Virus record (IMG/VR): IMGVR_UViG_3300035665_003403
Span: 64,001 to 128,000 of that record
Source: a virus
Strand: one strand, 5' to 3'
DNA: 64,000 bases
The stretch's first letter is position 1. Every line of letters starts with the position of its first letter. The position numbers and the translations under genes are program-made. A model generated the notes under the pieces. That model ran no database searches. It saw only the letters and a list, made by a program, of their open reading frames with translations, and was not told where the DNA came from. Of this stretch, positions 56,665-64,000 are shown in pieces.

Positions 56665-58443
56665 TTACTTAAAACCACTAAATAACCACATATATTCACC
56701 ATTTGGGTCTTGCATATTTTTCTTTACTATTGGTGAAAAATTTGGTTTATTGGTCTTAACTTTTTGACCATTTTGAATTGTAACGAATCCACTTTTTTTA
56801 TTATCTTCTATAGTTATTTCATTTCTATTGTGTGTTAACCAAGCTTCCAACATTGCTTTGGATTTGCTTTCCAATTTTTGTAGATTCTTAAATGAGTGTT
56901 CATAAATCCATAGACCCATAGCGATTACCATCAAACAGTCATCATGTTGACCATCACGATGGTCAGCTCTACCATTTTTATAGATAAAACTTTTCATTTC
57001 ATTTGTAACTCTAACTGACCTAACATTAAATAAACGTTCTCTTATAACAAACTCTAAATGGGCAATCATTGGTGTTCTAACATTATTAAATGTGAACCCT
57101 GGAGTTTTATTCTCTTTATTAAAACTGGATAGTGTTTTATGATAATCCAATACTTTACCTGATTGAACATCATAATGTAATCTAGGGTATTTTAATTCTA
57201 ATAATCTAAGCACTGTTGCAACCCCCATACCACCAGTTATATCAACAATAACATATCCACCATACAAGCGTCCAAATTCATCAGCTAAGTCACCTAATTT
57301 ATCGGGTGGTATTCTACCTCTATATTCCATAACTTGTTCCATTGTTGTCATATCAAGAACTGAAAAAGCGGAATAATCTTCACTATCTCCACGACTAACA
57401 TCCACAGGAATCAAATATTGATGTCCTTCTTTAGGTAATTCCCAAATCCATATTTCCTCACCCCTGGTCATCAATGGTTCTTTCACATTGAATTTTTCTT
57501 GATATTCAATATCTTCTTCAGCGATAACGTTACCACCAGAACCCAAGAATGATACATCTAATTCTTGTGCGATAGCCTTAGGGTCATTATTCAATGTTTG
57601 ACACATTGCTCTATACCATGTTGATGTTGGTTTATACCCACTATCAATCATAACTTTATATGATTCTAACGTAAATTCAACCTCATTAATTATTTCATCA
57701 CCCTTTTTCCATTGTAAATCTTTGTTGTATCTAAGGTCTTCATACCATTTCATTTCAACAATATTATAACCGTTCTTCTTTTTATCTTTGGCTTGTTTAT
57801 AAGTTTCATAATAAAGTGGGTCTTGACCATTAGGTGTACTAATAAGAATTACAGCACCACCAGTACCTAAGCTAGTCATAGCTGCACCATACACTTCTTT
57901 ACCATTATCAATAAATGCTGCCTCATCCATTACTAAGTATGTTGGTGTAAATCCCCTTAAAGCATCTTTAGATGTCGCTACAGCCTTTATTCTGCTACCA
58001 TTGGGTAACATAATCTCTTTTTTAGATTCAGTGCTGTAAATGGCTTTTTTTTCATTTTCTTCACTACCATAAAATTCTGGTCCCCATAACCATCTTGGTA
58101 ATTGAGATACAAATGCTTTTATTTTAGACAAGAACTCAAAAGCCAATTCTTGTTTATTGGCAATGATTAGAATAGCTTCTGGGTTTTCTTTTGGGGCGAA
58201 GCCAGCTTTTATAGCTAAATAAGCAGCTGTGGTTGTACTAACCCCTGCTTGTCTTGGTTTGGTAACCAAGTTTCTATTGTGTGATTCATATGCGTAAATT
58301 ATTTCCTTTTGTCTTGGGAATAATTTAAACGGAACAATACCTTCTCTCGTTTTATCGAAAGTGGAAAAATAAGTTTCTATTACATAAATTGGGTTTACTA
58401 AGCACTTAGCAAATTCTGTTAATTGTTCTTTCCTAGTTAACAT
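56665..58443 (-). CDS. terL: Terminase large subunit (T4 gp17-like)
   Basis: KPRQAGVST, LVMDEAAFI, ISTPNG, QELD, VDVSRG..DYSA, HDDCLM. Confidence 0.95.
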   Translation of the reverse strand: MLTRKEQLTEFAKCLVNPIYVIETYFSTFDKTREGIVPFKLFPRQKEIIYAYESHNRNLVTKPRQAGVSTTTAAYLAIKAGFAPKENPEAILIIANKQELAFEFLSKIKAFVSQLPRWLWGPEFYGSEENEKKAIYSTESKKEIMLPNGSRIKAVATSKDALRGFTPTYLVMDEAAFIDNGKEVYGAAMTSLGTGGAVILISTPNGQDPLYYETYKQAKDKKKNGYNIVEMKWYEDLRYNKDLQWKKGDEIINEVEFTLESYKVMIDSGYKPTSTWYRAMCQTLNNDPKAIAQELDVSFLGSGGNVIAEEDIEYQEKFNVKEPLMTRGEEIWIWELPKEGHQYLIPVDVSRGDSEDYSAFSVLDMTTMEQVMEYRGRIPPDKLGDLADEFGRLYGGYVIVDITGGMGVATVLRLLELKYPRLHYDVQSGKVLDYHKTLSSFNKENKTPGFTFNNVRTPMIAHLEFVIRERLFNVRSVRVTNEMKSFIYKNGRADHRDGQHDDCLMVIAMGLWIYEHSFKNLQKLESKSKAMLEAWLTHNRNEITIEDNKKSGFVTIQNGQKVKTNKPNFSPIVKKNMQDPNGEYMWLFSGFK

Positions 58444-58476
58444 ATATTCATAAATATATCAAAAAGGGTTAAAAAC

Positions 58477-58503
58477 AAAAAAACCGCCATTGTTGGCGGT
58501 TTT
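58477..58503 (-). terminator. Rho-independent terminator
   Basis: AAAAAAACCGCCA-ttgt-TGGCGGTTTT. Confidence 0.85.
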
Positions 58504-58522
58504 CAGTTGTGAATAACCATTG

Positions 58523-58603
58523 GTTAAAGACTAATAGATTTCTAAGTATCACGCACAGGTTATTACCTCACGTTGAGATGTGTGATATTTATTTACCTTT
58601 AAC
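58523..58603. ncRNA. Candidate structured RNA in an intergenic gap
   Basis: Nested pairings GTTAAAG/CTTTAAC, AATAGAT/ATTTATT, TATCACGCA/TGTGTGATA, AGGT/ACCT. Confidence 0.35.
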
Positions 58604-58604
58604 A

Positions 58605-59177
58605 TTAAAATGGTCCGTCAATGAATTTTATGTTTTTTATATTATACAACCCATAACAAGTTCCATAATCACCTTTTTGATTTATGAAATCAGTATGGTA
58701 ATCACCAAAATACTTAAAGGAGTTATATCCAAGTTGTTTAATAAATTTCTGGTAATATTTGTTGTAATCCCAATTATATGTGTCAGAAATTTCTCCAAAC
58801 AAATCACCAAACTGAACATTTGGATAAAGTTTATCGTCAATATCTGATTCAATATTCATATTAAACATTTTGTTAAACAAATCCAAAAGTTTTTGTTGTT
58901 CATCACCACTTATTCTTTTATTCATATCTAAAATTGGTTCATCTAATTTAATTGAGAATTTACATATATATTTACCTAATTGTTGAGATATGTTTGGTGA
59001 TTCGGAAAAATATATGGCGTGACCAAATAGAGCAACATCATTAGCTTGCTCTAAACTAAAATCTGAGTTCATCATGTGTTCCAAACTATTACTTCTGTGA
59101 TAACATATAATTTCACCAGAGCCAATTTTTGATAGACCTTCTTTAATTACTTGCCTTATATAATTTTTTAAATCCAC
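58605..59177 (-). CDS. ADP-ribosyltransferase-like protein (ART-PolyVal-like)
   Basis: CYHRS...F...FGHAIYFSES pattern (compare YHGT..F..G.YF). Confidence 0.5.
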   Translation of the reverse strand: MDLKNYIRQVIKEGLSKIGSGEIICYHRSNSLEHMMNSDFSLEQANDVALFGHAIYFSESPNISQQLGKYICKFSIKLDEPILDMNKRISGDEQQKLLDLFNKMFNMNIESDIDDKLYPNVQFGDLFGEISDTYNWDYNKYYQKFIKQLGYNSFKYFGDYHTDFINQKGDYGTCYGLYNIKNIKFIDGPF

Positions 59178-59190
59178 AAATCACTCCAAA

Positions 59191-60387
59191 TTATAAACTA
59201 TTCATCAAATCATCCCAATCATATCCTTCATCATCAGATTTATTACTATCAAAACCTAAATCTTCAGATAAATCATCACCCTCACTCATATCTTTTTTTA
59301 TTTCTTCAATAATTTGGTTGATTATTTTTTCACCAGCTTTTGTGTTTGCTAAAATTTCTTTCATTTTATAGTTGAAATCATCCACTGGTAAGCTAACCAA
59401 ATCAGAAAATATATGGTGCTTCAAATGAAAATCATCCGCTGGAATCATTTCTGTGATGCAACCCCATAATGCTGGTCCCAATCTCATATCCCAAATTTCA
59501 GCTTTAACAAAATCAGCCTTGTTTATAACATAATTTGCAATTGATTTTTTCTTTGGTAACCCATTAGCACCAATGATTTCCATAACCCCTTTTACCATTT
59601 CATGAATCAATACAGGAAAACTTGTTGCTTCAACACGAACAACGTTAGGTGCTGTTTCTTCTTCTGTAAATTCAACCTCAACCACTCCACCAGTCATAGC
59701 TTCATCTAAATTATTCATAATAAAATAAACGTAATCAGCGGTAGACATCAATTTTGCGTATAACCCTGGTAATCTAGGATTTAAAGATGTCAACTCATCA
59801 TCAACCATATGAAACATATGGTTACATTTTTTTGCTGAACCTTGAATCAATGCGTTAACAAAACGTCTTTTGTAGACTTCTTTGTTTGCAACCACCATTT
59901 CGTCATGATTTTTGAATTTCATTCCTTCAACTTCGGTTGGTTCCATATTCATATCCATACCACTTAAGCTAATCTTATCAATCAACTTAACATCAAATTT
60001 AATAATTGATTTATCAATATCAAATTCTTCATTAATCATATCAATGGCTAACTTAACCAATTCTTTATGATGTGGTTTCTCCAATTCGATTGTTTCAATC
60101 AATAATGGTATTACCATCTTAACAACATTCGTTGCATCAACATTTTCAATATCAAATGCTCTTTTGTATCGTTTAACAACATCAATAAATCTTTCGTTTA
60201 CAATCTTTTCATCGAAATTGATTTCATTTGATTCTGGAAACGCTGGGTGATTTCCCAATGAATGCTTTCGCTCCCTTAATTGTTTTTGAATTTCTGGGTG
60301 CATTCTTTCACGCATATTATCTGGGTATTTATAACCCTCAGTTAGATTTTTTTTTAAGGCCATCTTAGCCATAGATTTGTAATCCAT
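59191..60387 (-). CDS. Hypothetical protein (head region)
   Basis: 398 aa; coupled operon. Confidence 0.75.
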   Translation of the reverse strand: MDYKSMAKMALKKNLTEGYKYPDNMRERMHPEIQKQLRERKHSLGNHPAFPESNEINFDEKIVNERFIDVVKRYKRAFDIENVDATNVVKMVIPLLIETIELEKPHHKELVKLAIDMINEEFDIDKSIIKFDVKLIDKISLSGMDMNMEPTEVEGMKFKNHDEMVVANKEVYKRRFVNALIQGSAKKCNHMFHMVDDELTSLNPRLPGLYAKLMSTADYVYFIMNNLDEAMTGGVVEVEFTEEETAPNVVRVEATSFPVLIHEMVKGVMEIIGANGLPKKKSIANYVINKADFVKAEIWDMRLGPALWGCITEMIPADDFHLKHHIFSDLVSLPVDDFNYKMKEILANTKAGEKIINQIIEEIKKDMSEGDDLSEDLGFDSNKSDDEGYDWDDLMNSL

Positions 60388-61334
60388 TATTTCCTTAAGT
60401 CTTTAATTTTAATTACTCTTTTCACCAAATTGTTTGTTATTTCCTTATCCAAAGTGTTTTTTTTGATTATAACACCTTCAGCTATACCTGTACTATCTGT
60501 TTTAGCAACGTCTTTAAATTGAGTAATGATACCACTTAATTTTTGTAATGGAACACCAATTTCATTTGCCATTGTAGTTAAAAATTGGGCTTGTTCCAAA
60601 GGTTTATCTAATTTTGCTAAGTAACTACCAAATTTATTCTTAATCAAAGTTACTAATTTTTTAGTGTCACTTTGCAACTTGTTAACATTAACACCATCAA
60701 CTTCAACATCAGCTTCATTTAATTCATCAGTTTTGAAATAATCACCTACTCTGAATCTTTTTAACTCTTTGATACCCATATAATCCTCTTCACCAGGTAC
60801 CAATTTAATACCAGATTTAATCATTTCTTTTAAATTTCTAAATTTGGATGTAACCTCACCAGTTTTTATATTGACAAAAAAATGTCTGAATCCAACTAAG
60901 TCTTTTAAGTTTACAAAATCACTAAAATTTTGTTTATCGAAATGTTTTAATTCTTCACCATTATAATCATAATCATCAGTTATTTCTTCCTTCTTGCCAA
61001 CACCATTTTGAAATGTATCAATATCGTAGATTATGTTGTTTCCATCATCTTCATAAGACATAACACCTAATACAACCTCACCTTGATTATTTGTTGCTCT
61101 AACGACTCTATATCGTTTTCCATTTAATTCAAATGGTTCTTTAACTTTACCTGTTGAGTTATCAATTACATTTGACAAATATGTTAACCCACTATCAACT
61201 CCAATTGGTGTTGATTCGTCAACAACATTAATCTTAACTCCTTTTAATTGAGTAAAATCCCCCTTCATAGATTGAAAGTCTTGTTTTTTGACGTTGATGA
61301 TTGTTTTATCTTTATCTTGGTTATCTGTTTGCAT
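60387..61334 (-). CDS. Hypothetical protein
   Basis: 315 aa; coupled operon. Confidence 0.7.
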   Translation of the reverse strand: MQTDNQDKDKTIINVKKQDFQSMKGDFTQLKGVKINVVDESTPIGVDSGLTYLSNVIDNSTGKVKEPFELNGKRYRVVRATNNQGEVVLGVMSYEDDGNNIIYDIDTFQNGVGKKEEITDDYDYNGEELKHFDKQNFSDFVNLKDLVGFRHFFVNIKTGEVTSKFRNLKEMIKSGIKLVPGEEDYMGIKELKRFRVGDYFKTDELNEADVEVDGVNVNKLQSDTKKLVTLIKNKFGSYLAKLDKPLEQAQFLTTMANEIGVPLQKLSGIITQFKDVAKTDSTGIAEGVIIKKNTLDKEITNNLVKRVIKIKDLRK

Positions 61335-61758
61335 CGTACTTTAATTCTTTATGTTTTTCCTTATAATCATAAATATAGTTAAGCTTGAACTCTCTTGAAT
61401 ATAATTTAGCTTCAACACTTTCTAATGTCTCACCAAATGCAAATATAACCCTATTTTCAGGGTACTCAATATATTCATCTAAGTTCTCCCATGCTAATGA
61501 AATAACTCCATCAACAGCATCCCACACAGAAAAATTCGTGCTTTCTTGGATTACATCCAATACTAAATCACCTTCAAATTTACCAACTTTTTTTATGAAT
61601 CTATTTTTAGGTGGTAACGGTCTTCCAGCGGCTGGATATGAATCCCAATCTGGACCATCAATATCTTTTATAGTATCAGAAAATATAAACTCATAGATGT
61701 TCTTATTATTAAAATCAGAACCCAATGAATTAACATATATTAGAAATAATTTGTCCAT
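61321..61758 (-). CDS. Hypothetical protein
   Basis: 145 aa; coupled operon. Confidence 0.7.
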   Translation of the reverse strand: MDKLFLIYVNSLGSDFNNKNIYEFIFSDTIKDIDGPDWDSYPAAGRPLPPKNRFIKKVGKFEGDLVLDVIQESTNFSVWDAVDGVISLAWENLDEYIEYPENRVIFAFGETLESVEAKLYSREFKLNYIYDYKEKHKELKYDANR

Positions 61759-63158
61759 TAAGCAATGTACATATTTAACTCATACTTTGTAGGCATACCA
61801 TAAACTTGAATATTCAATTTTTGTTTAACTACTTTACCATTTTTGTACAAATCTAAAGAGTATTTGTTTGTAACACCTTCATTAGGTTTAGCTGGGCCTG
61901 TGGAAATTTGTCTAAACCAATCCCCCTCATCAATAGTGTAACCTTTAGATGTTGCATATTTTTCAGCTTCATGAACCGCACTAGTGAAACTATCATGGTA
62001 AATCTCATATGATGACTCTTTAGGTGTTTCAGAAACAGCTTTAGGTTTTGGCGCAACAGATGGGTTAACCTTAAAAGGACGTTCTCTCCTTTTAATTTTA
62101 CCTGGAACTTTGGTTCCTGGGTCAGTTTTAGGCTTTGTTGTTGGTATTACCTCAGTTTCAGTATTATCTGTACTAAATGTTTCTTTTAATATTTGCATAA
62201 TATGGTTTTTATCAAAGATACTATTTTTTTCTTTAATTTCAAAATCCTCATTTAAATTAACTGATTCCACATTCCCATGTTCATCTGAATAACCACCTTC
62301 AGTATCACCATCATACCCAAATTGACCCTCCAAGAAATGATACACTTCTTCCATATCATCAGCAGATGTCGATATGTGGTCCACAGCCCAAGCGTGTCCG
62401 TTAGCTATCAATGAATCAATTTTTTCTTTATTCATTGATAATAATTCATTAGTAACGTGATTTATGTTTTTTATATTTTGCCAAAACATATAATTATTGG
62501 ATTCACGATTATCATCCTCATTAATTGGAACACAATTAGGTACTTCTTTCCCATTCTTTTCTTTCATTCCCAATTGTTTATACCCACTCCAACAAGGATT
62601 TTGTTCATCCAAGATATCATTTGAACCAGGTTGAAACATATTATTACGTTTAGGTTCACCAAAAATACTATTTTCATTTACAGCATCATCACCAAAATCT
62701 AACCCATCACCATCTGGTTCTGACCCATCCTTTGAATTAGATTCGTCACCCTCTGGTTCTGATTCATCTTTAGAGCCAGATTTTTTAACTTTTTTTATGA
62801 TATCATTTTGGTCTTCCTCATCCATTTCGGATGTATGTGTTGCCGATAAAACTGAGTTTATAGCAAATTTTTCCAATTCAAGATTTGGTGAACCTTGGTC
62901 TTGTGTATATTGACGTATTGATTGACCTAATTTCCCAGATAATTGTTGAATGTATTTATCTGGCTCTGATGCTTCATCAGCTTCAACACCAGCGTCAAAT
63001 GGTTCTTTTTCAAATGAAAAATCATCACCCGAATTATCAGGTGATGAGGTTGTGGTATTTGTAGGTTGTGGTGCAGCAGCTGGTTGAGCTGGTGCTGGAT
63101 TAGGGTTTGGAACCTTAAGAGTGAATTTTTCCTCTTTGATTACTTCACCGAATAGACT
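61758..63158 (-). CDS. -1-frame extension of the 63140-63751 gene (modular acidic head-associated protein)
   Basis: The frame is open from 63182 with no ATG before the track TTG at 62876. It reads SLFGEVIKEEKFTLKVPNPNPAPAQ...PFDAGVEADE and contains PCWSGYKQLGMKEKNGKEVPNCVP. Confidence 0.75.
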   Translation of the reverse strand, partial: SLFGEVIKEEKFTLKVPNPNPAPAQPAAAPQPTNTTTSSPDNSGDDFSFEKEPFDAGVEADEASEPDKYIQQLSGKLGQSIRQYTQDQGSPNLELEKFAINSVLSATHTSEMDEEDQNDIIKKVKKSGSKDESEPEGDESNSKDGSEPDGDGLDFGDDAVNENSIFGEPKRNNMFQPGSNDILDEQNPCWSGYKQLGMKEKNGKEVPNCVPINEDDNRESNNYMFWQNIKNINHVTNELLSMNKEKIDSLIANGHAWAVDHISTSADDMEEVYHFLEGQFGYDGDTEGGYSDEHGNVESVNLNEDFEIKEKNSIFDKNHIMQILKETFSTDNTETEVIPTTKPKTDPGTKVPGKIKRRERPFKVNPSVAPKPKAVSETPKESSYEIYHDSFTSAVHEAEKYATSKGYTIDEGDWFRQISTGPAKPNEGVTNKYSLDLYKNGKVVKQKLNIQVYGMPTKYELNMYIA

Positions 63159-63751
63159 TTTTTTTTTACTTTTGGAGTCAAATCATCTATAATTGTATCG
63201 ATGTTACCCATTACTTTTGCTATTGATAAGCCTTTGTGTTCTTTGATAGTTACGGGTTCTTTTCCGTATTCTTTATCTCTCATTTCTTCAATCATAGCTT
63301 CATTTTCAGTCAACTCGATATCAGCTTCTTCCATTTCAATTTCCGATACTATATTTTCAATAATTTCATCATCGTTTTCCAAGATGTTCGTTGATACATT
63401 TGTATCCAATGCTTCATTCAATGAAATAAATTTGAAATTTAATTCTTTGACAGCCTTAGCGTATGAAGGATAAGCTTGGTCTTTTTTGTTTTGTAGACCA
63501 CCAATGTATTGGAAATCCTCAACAACCAAATTTTTCTTTTTGTTTGCTGTCTTGATAAAATACTCGTGGTTTTCTCTAACGATACCATAAATTTTACCAT
63601 CTGGTCCAATTTTTTGTAGTTCTAAGACGTAACGACTATTGTTAGTGTTTTCTGGAACTACATTCATTAATTCCATTATTCTATTTTTAACTTCATTACC
63701 TTTAAGTGTTAAAGGGTTTACATTTAATTTGTTTTTCATAATTTTAATCAT
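63140..63751 (-). CDS. Hypothetical protein; 0-frame product ends just after the A10 slippery site
   Basis: 203 aa ending KVKKKVYSVK*. Confidence 0.8.
   Translation of the reverse strand: MIKIMKNKLNVNPLTLKGNEVKNRIMELMNVVPENTNNSRYVLELQKIGPDGKIYGIVRENHEYFIKTANKKKNLVVEDFQYIGGLQNKKDQAYPSYAKAVKELNFKFISLNEALDTNVSTNILENDDEIIENIVSEIEMEEADIELTENEAMIEEMRDKEYGKEPVTIKEHKGLSIAKVMGNIDTIIDDLTPKVKKKVYSVK
63158..63167 (-). promoter_or_regulatory. A10 slippery site (candidate -1 frameshift or transcriptional slippage)
   Basis: GTA AAA AAA AAA GTC lies within the 43-nt overlap of the two open frames. Confidence 0.65.
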
Positions 63752-63999
63752 TAACCTAAAATAACACCAGACCCTAAAGCATAATTACCAGGGGTCATCA
63801 CATTAATTGGTTCACCTAAGACATACACGTTTGCTGTTGAACTAATACTTCTAACATTAATATATAACGAACTACCAGCATTCATTGTTACAGCAACACC
63901 ATTTATTGTTGGTGTTGCATTAGCACCAGCATAAACCTGAGTATATGTGTGAGCCGTAAAATTAGCGTTTGTTGATAATACTATTATAGAATTTATTTG
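63751..63999 (-). CDS. Small virion-type protein, 3' part (starts beyond the window)
   Basis: QINSIIVLSTNANFTAHTYTQVYAG...GSGVILG*; TAATG-coupled to the next gene. Confidence 0.65.
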   Translation of the reverse strand, partial: QINSIIVLSTNANFTAHTYTQVYAGANATPTINGVAVTMNAGSSLYINVRSISSTANVYVLGEPINVMTPGNYALGSGVILG

Positions 64000-64000
64000 A

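Noticed and set aside
370-63473. Numerous short antisense or alternate-frame ORFs in the track (e.g. 5877-6314, 32432-32971, 33402-33887, 49834-50268, 58509-58847)
   Set aside because: They are shadows of real genes with Ser/Ile/Leu/Phe-rich antisense composition and no motifs.
1-64000. Genome-wide stop-codon reassignment (as in some Bacteroidota megaphages)
   Set aside because: Long genes are intact in code 11, and TAG (14004, 34005) and TGA (16712, 19433, 20218, 22165) end genes at normal coupled boundaries.
1-64000. tRNA, rRNA or CRISPR arrays
   Set aside because: No cloverleaf/T-loop signatures or repeat-spacer periodicity seen; intergenic gaps are short.

Overview
This 64-kb window is AT-rich and densely coding. 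It comes from a large T4-like (myovirus-type jumbo/huge) phage using the standard genetic code; TAA, TAG and TGA all serve as stops. TAnnTTTG promoter boxes and the lack of Shine-Dalgarno motifs point to a Bacteroidota host. The minus strand carries the head-morphogenesis block: terminase, an intein-bearing portal, an intein-bearing prohead protease, scaffold and major capsid protein. The window also has a neck gene, a family-B DNA polymerase, tail and baseplate genes, a gp55-like sigma factor, PhoH, dUTPase, two free-standing endonucleases, a candidate lysis cassette and a cluster of about 17 glycosyltransferase/methyltransferase-type genes. Five signals stand out. (1) A glycosyltransferase frame is broken by AGC-TGA-AGC directly behind a GC-rich stem-loop; skipping exactly 6 nt restores the family motif, making it a candidate programmed stop-hop. 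(2) An A10 slippery site joins two head-region ORFs by a -1 shift. (3) Candidate anti-defence enzymes (Acb1-like 2H phosphoesterase, two ADP-ribosyltransferase-like proteins, a WYL-like protein) share an N-terminal leader resembling a prohead-protease cleavage peptide. (4) A sense-strand TATTTAT motif precedes late genes. (5) Two structured RNA candidates are unannotated. All family calls come from motif recognition by eye; no searches were run.
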